Shown here: positions 37,903 to 47,817 of the stretch, in pieces
Numbering within the stretch: position 1 is the first letter of the stretch
Layout of the letters: the number at the start of each line of letters is the position of its first letter
NCBI GenBank assembly: GCA_902774285.1
Contig: CACYHO010000001.1
Location: forward strand, 400,958 to 464,957
Direction of reading: 5' to 3'
Source: an uncultured Pseudomonadota bacterium
GTDB lineage: Bacteria > Pseudomonadota > Alphaproteobacteria > Rs-D84
Length of the DNA: 64,000 nt
The notes under the pieces: model-generated
What the model was told of the DNA's origin: nothing
The model's database searches: none
What the model saw: the letters and a program-made list of their open reading frames with translations, nothing else
Made by a program: the position numbers and the translations under genes

Positions 37903-38561
37903 CGACAATCTTTACCAAGAGAAATTGTAACATTAATGTCAATGTTATGCTTTATAATTTTGTGTATTTGCGCCATTTTTTTTACTGCTTTTGCTTCTTC
38001 TTCTGGTGTTAAAAATGGTTTTTTTACTTTTTTCGATTTTTGTAGTTCTTCTTGTTGAATAACGGTATTACTTATGCGCGGACGTTTTCTTTTTGATTCT
38101 TGTTCGCGTCTTTTCTTTTGTTGTAAACCAAATGCACGTTCGTTTTCTTTTGTGTAACGTCTGGTTTCCAATTGAACGTGTGGATTTTTATTGAACAAAA
38201 TTTCTTTTAAATATTTTGTGCAAGTATTGCGATCCCAACCTTTCTTTGCAACATATACAGACAAATATTCACTGATCAAACTTGTCAAGTTTTTAAGGAA
38301 TACAGGGCTTTGGTAAATGCGACCTGTGGATGGATATGCATGAATAAATGTTTTTGTTTTATCAATTAAAAATTCTTCGCATTCTGGTTTGTATGCATAG
38401 TAAGTGCGCCAATCTTGTGGTAAATTATAAGTGGTTTCGTAACTGCCACCAAATGCCAGAATAAATTCTTCTGCGATAAATGTTTTATAGGCTTTAAACA
38501 TTTTCTGTGCCGCAGCAACTTGTTCTGCGTGCATTTGTTTAAGTTTTTCAGATTGTGCCAT
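37899..38561 (-). CDS. Hypothetical protein with basic C-terminal half
   Basis: 220-aa ORF with its own TTGACA-N16-TACAAT promoter upstream. Confidence 0.65.
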   Translation of the reverse strand: MAQSEKLKQMHAEQVAAAQKMFKAYKTFIAEEFILAFGGSYETTYNLPQDWRTYYAYKPECEEFLIDKTKTFIHAYPSTGRIYQSPVFLKNLTSLISEYLSVYVAKKGWDRNTCTKYLKEILFNKNPHVQLETRRYTKENERAFGLQQKKRREQESKRKRPRISNTVIQQEELQKSKKVKKPFLTPEEEAKAVKKMAQIHKIIKHNIDINVTISLGKDCR

Positions 38562-38666
38562 TTAAAATCCTTTGGTTTTATCGATAATATTGTAATACAA
38601 AAACACAAATTGTCAACTTTTAATTTGTCTGTTGAAAAAAATAAAAAAAATGGCTAATTTAAGGAT

Positions 38667-40862
38667 ATGTTTAAGTCTGGCGATATTGTAAAGGTTTTGA
38701 TACCCAATGTTATAAATCGGGGGTATGATTATCGCCTTATGGAACCTGCTGATGTTGGGGATTTTGTGCGTGTATCGGTAATGAATCGCCAATATATTGG
38801 TGTGATTATTGGTTCTGGCGATAGTGGTCTGGATGAATCAAAAATCAAATCTGTTACAGAAATATGTAATATCGGCAAAATGTCAAAATCTGATATAGAT
38901 TGGGTGTTCAAAATGTCTGAATGGACATTGATGGCGCCTGGTGCTGTGTTGCGATTAATTTTGAATGTTCCGGATGCATTTGATTCGATAAAAACAGAAC
39001 AATTATATACTTTTAATTTTGATTCAAATGCTAAAATGACGCAACAGCGACAAAGTGTTTCTGATGCTTTTGAATCGAATGATAATGAAGCAATGTCTGT
39101 TAATGATATTGTTAATATTGCGCATGTAAGCAATTCTGTTGTAAAAACAATGATAAAAAAGGGGACGCTGGTTCCATCAGATGCACGTGAAATCAAAGAC
39201 ACCAGATTTTTATATAACTATTTTGATACTGGCTCTGTTAAATTAAATGATGAACAACAAGTTGCAGCAGGTACAATCGCAACAGCATTAACAAAAAATG
39301 AATTTTCTGTGCATTTGTTAGACGGTATAACAGGGTCTGGGAAAACACAGGTTTATTTTGATGCTGTATTGCGCGCATATAATGCGGGAAAATCTGTTCT
39401 GTTGATGATGCCAGAAATTGCGTTAACTGCGCAGTTTATAGATCGGTTTAAAAAACGTTTTGGTGCACCACCTGTTGTATGGCACAGTAATTTAACATCT
39501 GCGCGTCGTCGTGATATTTGGCGTGATGTGGCGCGTGGTGATATTCGTATAGTTGTTGGGACACGCAGTGCATTGTTTTTACCATGGCAAAATTTGGGAT
39601 TGATTGTTGTAGACGAAGAACATGACACTTCATATAAGCAAGAAGATATGGGTAATTATCATGCGCGCGATATGGCTATTTTGCGTGCGAAAATTTCTGG
39701 TTTCCCAATTGTTTTGGCGTCTGCCACACCATCCGTCGAAACATTGCATAATGTTGCGCTGGGAAAATATAACAGATTACGTTTAACATCGCGCTTTGGT
39801 GGCGCACAATTACCAACCATTGAAACTATAGATATGCGTTGCGCGCACCCTGAATCTTACAAGATGGGCGAAGAAGAAAAGTCTGGAAATCTTTCGCCAC
39901 AATTGTGTGAAGTTATAAAAGACACTTTGGACAAACATCAACAAGTGATGTTGTTTATAAATCGTCGTGGCTTTGCACCAATCGTGCAATGTAAAAAATG
40001 CGGTTGGGTTGCCGGCTGTCCTGATTGTTCAACGTCTTATAACTATCATAAACATATAAATAAATTAGTGTGCCATATGTGCGGTCGTACGGAAAGTGTG
40101 CCGACTGTTTGTCCACAATGTGGTAATAATGTTTCTATGCGAGGTGCAGGCCTTGAAAGGATAGAAGAAGAAGTTATAAATAAATTCCCAAATGCACGCA
40201 CAGCTTTAGTTTCTAGTGATACAATTATGTCACGTGAAGCATTGGAAAGATTGGTTCACAAAATGGAAAACGGCGAAATCGATATAATTATTGGAACGCA
40301 AATTTTGGCCAAAGGTCATCATTTTCCAAACCTGACACTGGTTGGTGTGGTTGATGCAGATATGGGATTGTTTGGAACAGATTTTCGTGCTGGGGAACAT
40401 ACTTTTCAACAATTATTCCAAGTCGCTGGTCGTGCAGGTCGCGGTGAGTTTCCAGGGCGTGTGTTATTACAAACTTATCAACCAGAACATCCGGTGATTC
40501 GTGCAATATGCGCTGGTGATAGGGATGAATTTATGGCATCTGATATGGAATCAAGACGCGCAGCACAAATGCCACCGTTTGGTCAATTAATAGCTGTTAT
40601 AGTGGAAGCGGATAAAGAAACAACACTTAAAAAATATTGTGATGAATTATCGCGTAATACGCCGACATTGAACGGCGGAAAAATAATGGGACCCATTGCG
40701 GCGCAAATATATCAAATAAGAAACTGGTATCGTATGCGTTTCTTGGTGTCTGGTAATGCGCGTGCAAATTTACAACCAATAGTTCGTACCTGGCTGGACA
40801 AGGTGAAACAGCCAGCAAATGTGCGAATTAAAATTGATGTGAACCCACAAAACTTTATGTGA
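38667..40862 (+). CDS. priA: Primosomal protein N'
   Basis: GITGSGKT, DEEH, CxxC zinc motifs, QVAGRAGR. Confidence 0.96.
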   Translation: MFKSGDIVKVLIPNVINRGYDYRLMEPADVGDFVRVSVMNRQYIGVIIGSGDSGLDESKIKSVTEICNIGKMSKSDIDWVFKMSEWTLMAPGAVLRLILNVPDAFDSIKTEQLYTFNFDSNAKMTQQRQSVSDAFESNDNEAMSVNDIVNIAHVSNSVVKTMIKKGTLVPSDAREIKDTRFLYNYFDTGSVKLNDEQQVAAGTIATALTKNEFSVHLLDGITGSGKTQVYFDAVLRAYNAGKSVLLMMPEIALTAQFIDRFKKRFGAPPVVWHSNLTSARRRDIWRDVARGDIRIVVGTRSALFLPWQNLGLIVVDEEHDTSYKQEDMGNYHARDMAILRAKISGFPIVLASATPSVETLHNVALGKYNRLRLTSRFGGAQLPTIETIDMRCAHPESYKMGEEEKSGNLSPQLCEVIKDTLDKHQQVMLFINRRGFAPIVQCKKCGWVAGCPDCSTSYNYHKHINKLVCHMCGRTESVPTVCPQCGNNVSMRGAGLERIEEEVINKFPNARTALVSSDTIMSREALERLVHKMENGEIDIIIGTQILAKGHHFPNLTLVGVVDADMGLFGTDFRAGEHTFQQLFQVAGRAGRGEFPGRVLLQTYQPEHPVIRAICAGDRDEFMASDMESRRAAQMPPFGQLIAVIVEADKETTLKKYCDELSRNTPTLNGGKIMGPIAAQIYQIRNWYRMRFLVSGNARANLQPIVRTWLDKVKQPANVRIKIDVNPQNFM

Positions 40863-41858
40863 TTAAACAACTTCCGTTACGGCACGCAAAGTCCCATCGC
40901 GAGATAATTGAACGACACGAATCTTCTTTTTCATTTCAGCAATTAAATCTGTGCGATCATATGCTGGTTGTGTGTGTAAAATTCTGTCTGCAAATGCAGC
41001 ATATGCTGCTTCTGCGCTTTCTGCGTGAATTGTGGTATAAAAATGATCGTGGCCGGTTCCTAACATTTCCCAAAGAACAGCAGCATTATCTGTAGATATT
41101 TCGCCACCAATAATTACATCGGGGGTCATACGAACGACTAAATCAAGCAATCGTGCATAATTGAAATCGTTCGTTTGTTCTGTACGTGATAATACAAAAT
41201 GAACACGATTTTTTTGCGGAACGCGAATTTCGCGCGCATCTTCAACGGTTATAACACGACTGTTTTGATCAATCAGTGTTAACATATGATTTAAAAACGT
41301 CGTTTTACCAGTAGATGTTGCACCTGATATCAATATAGGACTGCCGTCATTAATCGCAGACATCAATCTTTCATATGGGTCATCAGGTCTTACATTTTTA
41401 CGTGGTTTAACTTTTAATAATTTTTCACCGCGTTTAAGATGATAATTTTCAAAACTTGTTTCATTGACTCCGCCACCACGAATGTTTAAAGCAACGCCAC
41501 CAGTAACATCGCGTTCGTCATATTGCACATTTGGACCAGCAATAGCAGAAAAACGATGATTCCCAGGCAATGTCGCATATACCACAGGCATACCATGAAT
41601 CGGATCAAAAGGGCGTTCGTATATATTTGCAACCGTGTGAATTAAATCTATTAAATATTGTTTTGATAAAACTTCTGCATTATAAGAAACCCATGGAACG
41701 CGTCCACCATTAAGGCGCATCCACACTTCACCGGCGTGATTTATCGCGATTTCTTCAACAAAAGAAGGGCGATAAAATTCTTCCAATGGTTTCAATAAAG
41801 ATTCAAGAACTACATTACTCATATTTTTTATTTTATCATAAATCGTGGCTTGAATCAA
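40863..41858 (-). CDS. virB11: VirB11-family type IV secretion ATPase
   Basis: EEIAINHAGEVW, SGATSTGKTT, TVEDAREI, RMTPDVIIGGE, TTIHAES; start may be 41822. Confidence 0.8.
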   Translation of the reverse strand: MIQATIYDKIKNMSNVVLESLLKPLEEFYRPSFVEEIAINHAGEVWMRLNGGRVPWVSYNAEVLSKQYLIDLIHTVANIYERPFDPIHGMPVVYATLPGNHRFSAIAGPNVQYDERDVTGGVALNIRGGGVNETSFENYHLKRGEKLLKVKPRKNVRPDDPYERLMSAINDGSPILISGATSTGKTTFLNHMLTLIDQNSRVITVEDAREIRVPQKNRVHFVLSRTEQTNDFNYARLLDLVVRMTPDVIIGGEISTDNAAVLWEMLGTGHDHFYTTIHAESAEAAYAAFADRILHTQPAYDRTDLIAEMKKKIRVVQLSRDGTLRAVTEVV

Positions 41859-41904
41859 AACTGTTTATTTGGTAAAATAAAAAAAAGTAAAAAGAGAGAA
41901 AGAA

Positions 41905-42441
41905 ATGAAAAAATCTATTTTATTTACTATGGGTTTGGCTTTGATTGTCGGCGCTTGTTCGAATAACGGCCATTATTACGATAACGACGAAGAACGTTAT
42001 GATGAACGCAGCAGCGAATACATAACGGATGAAAATGAATTTGCAAACATCGATTCGTATCAACCACGTACAATGAAGGAACGTGAAGAAGTTGCATCTC
42101 GTTGGAATACTTCACGTAAAGAAACAAGATGGCAAGAATACAAAGGAACAATGGTACGTATTGAAATTTTGTTGGGTGACAGCAGTACACGTGAAATGCG
42201 TCTTCGTTTGATGCAAAATGCGGATGGGGCAGATGTTGATGCTGATGCCAGAACTGTTTTGGCACGCGTTGCTGATTTTGAAATGAAGAAAGTTTGTGGA
42301 CGTAATGCAGAAAGCATAGTTGTTGTTTATGACAAACCATCTTTTGAAGTTATGCGTCCAACGTCTTTCTTTGATTATCGCATTGAAGCCGAAGGTGAAT
42401 CAATGCGCGAATATGGATTCAGATGTGTTTACAACAAATAA
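41905..42441 (+). CDS. Lipoprotein, hypothetical
   Basis: LIVGA-C lipobox. Confidence 0.7.
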   Translation: MKKSILFTMGLALIVGACSNNGHYYDNDEERYDERSSEYITDENEFANIDSYQPRTMKEREEVASRWNTSRKETRWQEYKGTMVRIEILLGDSSTREMRLRLMQNADGADVDADARTVLARVADFEMKKVCGRNAESIVVVYDKPSFEVMRPTSFFDYRIEAEGESMREYGFRCVYNK

Positions 42442-42452
42442 AGGAAAATATT

Positions 42453-42767
42453 ATGAAAAAAGTCATAGGAGCATTAGCTATGTGTGCAGCACTTTGTGCA
42501 TGTGAAAAAACAGCGAAGAACGGTGATACTGTTATAATTGATTTTGCTGGATTCTTGGGTGAAGAACAATTCCAAGGTGGAACAGCATTTGATTATCCTT
42601 TGAAATTAGGTAGTCACACTTTTATCCCAGGGTTTGAAGAACAACTGGTTGGTGCAAAAGTGGGTGAAGCACGTGATGTCAACGTTAGTTTCCCAGAAGA
42701 TTATTTTGCGCCTAACTTGGCTGGAAAGCCTGTTGTGTTCAAAGTCACAGTAAAAGATATCAAATAA
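42453..42767 (+). CDS. FKBP-type PPIase lipoprotein (trigger-factor-like FKBP domain)
   Basis: Start MKKVIG; LCA-C lipobox; IDFAG...[16 protein letters not shown]. Confidence 0.85.
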   Translation: MKKVIGALAMCAALCACEKTAKNGDTVIIDFAGFLGEEQFQGGTAFDYPLKLGSHTFIPGFEEQLVGAKVGEARDVNVSFPEDYFAPNLAGKPVVFKVTVKDIK

Positions 42768-42795
42768 AAAAAGACCGCCATTTCGGCGGTTTTTT

Positions 42796-43611
42796 TTATA
42801 TTGCTTTGATAAATATCTTTGCCTTGTTTGCGGCGGCAATAACGGCCGGCTTGTCAATCACGAAACAAGTTTTTGCGTTTACGATTATTCCATGTAATTT
42901 TGCGGCAGCAACAGCCTTTACTGTATCAACACCAATGGCAGGAATATCGATTCGTAAATCTTGACCCGGTTTTGTCATTTTTGCAAATACACCACTACTT
43001 CTTTTTTTGTTTTTGCGCATTTCAACAACGCGTTCTAACATACGCGCAGTGCCTTCGGCTGCTTCAACTGCGAAAACTTGTTTGTCAACAACGACGGAAG
43101 CCCCAATATCTTCGGTGCCAATAGTATGAGATACTTGAATCGCACGTTCTATATCGTGCAAATCAGATTTCGCAGGCTTTACTTTTGTTTGAATGCCTGG
43201 TTTTTCAAATGTTAATTCTGGTGCCAAATCTTGCGCGGCAACAATTTCGTAACCACGTTTTTCCAATGCTTTGTTAAATGCGACAGCCATAGAATCATAC
43301 CCCCGTTGATGTTTTAATACGCTTAATAAAACGCCAATAGACCAAAAGTCTGGTCGAATGTCTGATAAATTTATGTGTCCCAGTGCGCCAACGAATACCA
43401 ATTTGTGTATGTTGCGTTTTTTGCATTCGCGTGCCGCACGTCCACCATTCCCCAGGCGTATAACTAAATCAGGTTTAAGTGCAGGATCATAAAAATTTTT
43501 CAGACCGACAACATATACTTCCCATCCATTTTTACGCAACGCATCGCGTGTTTGAAATGGTAATGATAATGCGCCGGCGAAAAGAGCTACTTTTTTATCT
43601 TGTTTTTTCAT
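42796..43611 (-). CDS. lpxI: UDP-2,3-diacylglucosamine diphosphatase LpxI
   Basis: ALFAGALSLP, DIGASVVV, AVEAAEGT, KPGQDLRIDIPAIG. Confidence 0.85.
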   Translation of the reverse strand: MKKQDKKVALFAGALSLPFQTRDALRKNGWEVYVVGLKNFYDPALKPDLVIRLGNGGRAARECKKRNIHKLVFVGALGHINLSDIRPDFWSIGVLLSVLKHQRGYDSMAVAFNKALEKRGYEIVAAQDLAPELTFEKPGIQTKVKPAKSDLHDIERAIQVSHTIGTEDIGASVVVDKQVFAVEAAEGTARMLERVVEMRKNKKRSSGVFAKMTKPGQDLRIDIPAIGVDTVKAVAAAKLHGIIVNAKTCFVIDKPAVIAAANKAKIFIKAI

Positions 43612-43675
43612 AACATTATTATTTTAGTTTCAAAACACACTGGAATCAAGACAGAAATTATATTATGATTCAGAC

Positions 43676-44611
43676 ATGGAAACAAAAAAGTGTCCTTTCT
43701 TTGGCATATGTGGCGGATGCAAATATGATTTTGCAGACAGTGGGTATAAAACACAAAAACTGTCTGTTTTGCCAAAAATTCAATTTACAGATGATGCAAT
43801 ATGGGGAACACCGGGATGTCGTCGTCGGGCAGATTTTGCGTTTGTTGACGGACATTTTGGCTTCTTTAAATCACAATCAAAAGACATGGTAGATATTAAT
43901 AATTGTCCAAATGTAGTTCCAGAAATAAATGCGATATTGAAAAATATAGCAAATTTACCATGGCGTGGCACTGGTTCAGTATTAATTACAAAATGTGAAA
44001 ACGGTATAGATGTTTGTGTTAATTCTGATGTCCCGTATTTTAGTGCTGATTTTCGAAAAGCGGTTGAAAAATTACCACCACAGATAATACGTTTCACATG
44101 GAATGATTCTGTTGTTCGTAAATATATTGATCCAGAAATAAAGTTTAATGACAAGATTATAAAATATCCATCCAATGCGTTTTTGCAACCAACAACCGAA
44201 ACAGAACAAATCTTGCGTGATTTGGTTGTAAAATATACAGATGGTGAAAAACGCGTTGTAGATCTGTTTTGCGGATTGGGTAATTTTACTTTCGCAACAA
44301 ACGCGACAGGTTTTGATATTGTTGGAAATGGCATAAAACGTGATTTGTTTAAAAAACCGTTAACAGTGGCAAATCTTAAACAATATGATGTTGTTATAAT
44401 GGATCCCCCACGTGCGGGTGCTGAAAAACAAAGCAAAGAAATAGCAAAATCAAACATAAAACGAATCATATATGTTTCTTGTAATCCAAATACTTTTGTG
44501 CGTGATTCAAAAATTTTAGAAAGTGGTGGTTATAAAATGACTGTCGCGATACCAGTTGATCAATTTGTAGGATCGGCACATTGGGAAATATTTTCTGTAT
44601 TTGAAAAATGA
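43676..44611 (+). CDS. RNA (uracil-5)-methyltransferase, TrmA/RlmD family, compact
   Basis: CPFFGICGGC, FLQP, DLFCGLG, MDPPRAG, YVSCNP, HWE. Confidence 0.85.
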   Translation: METKKCPFFGICGGCKYDFADSGYKTQKLSVLPKIQFTDDAIWGTPGCRRRADFAFVDGHFGFFKSQSKDMVDINNCPNVVPEINAILKNIANLPWRGTGSVLITKCENGIDVCVNSDVPYFSADFRKAVEKLPPQIIRFTWNDSVVRKYIDPEIKFNDKIIKYPSNAFLQPTTETEQILRDLVVKYTDGEKRVVDLFCGLGNFTFATNATGFDIVGNGIKRDLFKKPLTVANLKQYDVVIMDPPRAGAEKQSKEIAKSNIKRIIYVSCNPNTFVRDSKILESGGYKMTVAIPVDQFVGSAHWEIFSVFEK

Positions 44612-46109
44612 AACATGCTATACTTTGCATAAGAAAGGTTCGAGAATGTATAAAATCCGTAGAAATTTGCACGATCTGGTGTTTTATGTCGGGATTTTTT
44701 CTGCCTTTAATCTTATGTTTTTCACAAATGTTTTTGCAGAAATATATGTTTCAAAACGATCAATGAAAAATTGCTTTGATGTGTACGGTTCGGATGATTT
44801 TTTATTTACAAGATGTTGTTTAGATGCGGCAACGGATAAACTTGTTAAAGAACAGGTGAAATGCACACCTGGGCAATATGTGCCACAAGATTCTACGACG
44901 TGCGCGGTTTGTGATGCGGAACCTTTTAAAAATCGTTATTTTTGTCCTGGCGGAACTTTTGAAGTACCAAAAAGTATAATCCAAGGTGCAATAGCGTGCA
45001 ATGATGGTATGGTCACCAACAAGACACGTGATGGGTGCGTAAAAGAATCAGCAGGAAATGGAAATAAGAAGGGTGACAATAGTAACGACAGAAGAGAACA
45101 ATCACTTAAGGAAGAAAATAAAATAGAAAACATTATTAAAGAACAAGTTAATCAAAATACATCAAAAGAAGAAAAGAAGATTATAAATTCACCACAAGTT
45201 ATATATCCTGCAGATGTTTTATATGGATACAAAAAAGGGAATAACAGGGGTGACAATAGTAACGACAGAAGAGAACAATCACTTAAGGAAGAAAATAAAA
45301 TAGAAAACATTATTACAGAACAAGTTGGTCAAAATACATCGACAGAAGAAAACAAAATTATAAATTTGACACAAATTATATATAACACAGATGTTTTAGA
45401 TTACAGAAATGTTGATATATCAAAAATGTCTGAACAAGAAGCATGCGAATATTGGGCTTTAATGAATAACGGTGAAAAGAGTGGTGCGTATTGGCATGAA
45501 GAAACCCAGATTTGCGTTCCTGTGGGCGGAAATTTATGGGTGGCACATTGGAACAAAACACAAAAAAAGTTTGAATGTCTTAACATATTTGATGCCGCTG
45601 AAAAGTGGCATGATGCCCAATGGCGAGAAGAACAAAAAAGCTGGTTAGAATCCTATAGAAAACATATTTATGATGATAAAGGAAATTTGAAGCCAGCAGT
45701 TATAGGGCTTCAATGGGATAGAAACTTTGGAAAGTGTACAAGTGAAATAGAAAGACAATGCCTTGCGAAAGGTGACACATATGATTGGTTTGGAACATGT
45801 TATAGACATGAAAATAACAAAAAAACATGTATAGATATTATTGGTGGTAAATGGAAAGATGAAAATGGTCAAGAAAGTTGTGAATGCAATATTGGTCAGT
45901 ATGATATGTTGTCGTGGACACCACAAAAATGTCAGTATAAGATTTTATTAAAACAAGAAAATTCCAGTACAAATTATATAGATCAACAAAATACAGGGCC
46001 AAATAAGTATTCTGACACAATACCACTGGAATATTGCTTTGAAAAATACAAAGACGGTTTTTTGAATAATCAGTTATCAGAACCAAAATCGAAACTTAAT
46101 TGTAAATAA
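44601..46109 (+). CDS. Exported Cys-rich protein with an internal 59-aa tandem duplication
   Basis: Hydrophobic N-terminal segment; CTPGQY, CPGG; start codon uncertain (44601 or later). Confidence 0.65.
   Translation: MKNETCYTLHKKGSRMYKIRRNLHDLVFYVGIFSAFNLMFFTNVFAEIYVSKRSMKNCFDVYGSDDFLFTRCCLDAATDKLVKEQVKCTPGQYVPQDSTTCAVCDAEPFKNRYFCPGGTFEVPKSIIQGAIACNDGMVTNKTRDGCVKESAGNGNKKGDNSNDRREQSLKEENKIENIIKEQVNQNTSKEEKKIINSPQVIYPADVLYGYKKGNNRGDNSNDRREQSLKEENKIENIITEQVGQNTSTEENKIINLTQIIYNTDVLDYRNVDISKMSEQEACEYWALMNNGEKSGAYWHEETQICVPVGGNLWVAHWNKTQKKFECLNIFDAAEKWHDAQWREEQKSWLESYRKHIYDDKGNLKPAVIGLQWDRNFGKCTSEIERQCLAKGDTYDWFGTCYRHENNKKTCIDIIGGKWKDENGQESCECNIGQYDMLSWTPQKCQYKILLKQENSSTNYIDQQNTGPNKYSDTIPLEYCFEKYKDGFLNNQLSEPKSKLNCK
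45060..45413 (+). repeat. Two tandem 177-bp in-frame repeats
   Basis: gggtgacaatagtaacgacagaagagaacaatcacttaaggaag... at 45071 and 45248. Confidence 0.9.
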
Positions 46110-46284
46110 AAAAAACCACCCGTTTGGGTGGTTTTTTCCGGATGCCCTGAAAGGAAGGAAAGGAGAAAAAGAAATGGGCATCCTAAACTTTTGTTTGGGC
46201 CCAAAGTCCAGAGGAGAGAGAATGTAGGAGGGAGTCTGAAAACTCTGGGCCCGCTATGGTAAAAAGATTATTCATCCTTTTACG
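46108..46284 (-). ncRNA. Candidate sRNA with two pyrimidine-rich anti-SD loops
   Basis: TTGACA-N17-TACATT promoter (46291-46319, minus), hairpins 46197-46252 and 46140-46183, terminator 46108-46137. Confidence 0.6.
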
Positions 46285-46455
46285 AATCGAAATGTAATAC
46301 ACAAAATGCGATTTGTCAAGTATTTTGTCAAAAAATTTTTTTAGTATATTTTTTTAGCCCTTTTTTATAGGAAAACAAACTGACTGAATTTATTCTGTGT
46401 ATCAATTATTATTAGATTGTTTGATTGGAAAAACACGAAGGATAGGAGAAATATC

Positions 46456-46698
46456 ATGACACACGAAGATGTATGGCGTGCAATAGAAAAATTTGCCACG
46501 GAACATCATATGTCTTGTTCTGGGCTGGCAAAATGCAGCGGTTTGGATCCAACAACCTTTAATAAAAGCAAACGTTGGTCAAAAGAAGGGCAACCAAGAT
46601 GGCCTTCGACCAACAGTATTTCCAAGATATTGGCATCAACAGGCGCTTCTTTGGAAGATTTTACTAAATTTATCCCGTCCAATGAACATACAATGTAA
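46456..46698 (+). CDS. Alphaproteobacterial XRE-type HTH regulator without S24 domain
   Basis: MTHEDVWRAIEK...SGLAK.SGLDPTTFNKSKR...RWPSTNSISKIL; RBS AGGAG. Confidence 0.85.
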   Translation: MTHEDVWRAIEKFATEHHMSCSGLAKCSGLDPTTFNKSKRWSKEGQPRWPSTNSISKILASTGASLEDFTKFIPSNEHTM

Positions 46699-46743
46699 GA
46701 ATAAACTGTTGCACAATATTTCTTAATTCGGTATTGTGTATAT

Positions 46744-47163
46744 ATGTTGGAAAATATAAAGATTTATGCGTCGGATAAATACTGGAATCATATCTTAGCC
46801 GATTTGGGTGCAAATCTTGTCGAAACACCAGATGTTGCAGATGTGATATTTGATGATATTTCAATAAATTCGCCCATTTCGGTTGAGTGTTTGCAAAATT
46901 TGATTCTGGCCCAATTCAATAACAATGACATTATTGCTGATATTTTTGGGCATGATGAGGTGTTGCCTGCGTTACAACGTAAAATATTGGTTGCGTTATA
47001 TAAAAAACCAAATATGCAAATGAATGAATTAAAATTGGCCGTTGGTTTATCGCCAGATATAACAACACACAGTGTTGAAAATGCAATATATCAATTACGC
47101 AAAACTTTTGGACACGATTTTATTCTTAATGAAAATGGGGGGTATAAAATTGGACGCATATAA
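46744..47163 (+). CDS. OmpR-type winged-helix domain protein
   Basis: THSVENAIYQLRKTFG..ILNENGGYKI. Confidence 0.65.
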   Translation: MLENIKIYASDKYWNHILADLGANLVETPDVADVIFDDISINSPISVECLQNLILAQFNNNDIIADIFGHDEVLPALQRKILVALYKKPNMQMNELKLAVGLSPDITTHSVENAIYQLRKTFGHDFILNENGGYKIGRI

Positions 47164-47815
47164 ATTGCTATCTTTTGATAAAATACCTTCGACCCAAGAT
47201 TACGCACATGATTTAATCGCAGACGGAAAAGCATCTAATAAAACAGTCATAGTTGCTCAGGCGCAAAGTGCAGGCCGTGGCCGATACAAAAGAACATGGG
47301 TTTCTCATCATGGAAATCTTTACGCATCATTTATTTATAAAGTATATGAACGTGATCCAAAGTTATCTTATGCAGTTGCTGTGGCGATCGCAGAAACTTT
47401 GATTTCTTTTGGTTTGAATCCGCAAATTAAATGGCCAAACGATGTTTTAATAGATGGTAAAAAGATAAGTGGTGTATTAATTGAATATGCGCGCAACTTC
47501 GTAATTGTCGGAATTGGTATAAATATCAAAACTTGTCCGACCGTGAAAGAATATAAAACAACCAAAGTAAATGATTATGCAGATGTGTCTGTTGAAGATG
47601 TATTGGGTGTGTTGATGAAAAAATTAGACAAGTGGCGCAATGCTGATTTTGCGATTGTTCGTGAAAGATGGACCGAAATGGCAATATGCATAAATCAAAT
47701 GATTCGTTATCAAGGCAAAGATGCAGAATTAATAGGTCTTAACGAAGATGGTGCGCTGGTGTTGCGTTTCGATTCGCGCTATGTTTTAACATATGGTGAT
47801 GAAATCAGCATTTAA
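47150..47815 (+). CDS. birA: Biotin--[acetyl-CoA-carboxylase] ligase
   Basis: TTG start; QSAGRGRYKRTW, KWPNDVLIDGKKISGVL. Confidence 0.93.
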   Translation: MDAYKLLSFDKIPSTQDYAHDLIADGKASNKTVIVAQAQSAGRGRYKRTWVSHHGNLYASFIYKVYERDPKLSYAVAVAIAETLISFGLNPQIKWPNDVLIDGKKISGVLIEYARNFVIVGIGINIKTCPTVKEYKTTKVNDYADVSVEDVLGVLMKKLDKWRNADFAIVRERWTEMAICINQMIRYQGKDAELIGLNEDGALVLRFDSRYVLTYGDEISI

Positions 47816-47817
47816 TA

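Noticed and set aside
46197-46252. RNase P RNA (AAAGTCC resembles GGAAAGUCC)
   Set aside because: Too short, lacks the other conserved regions, and the promoter/terminator indicate the opposite strand
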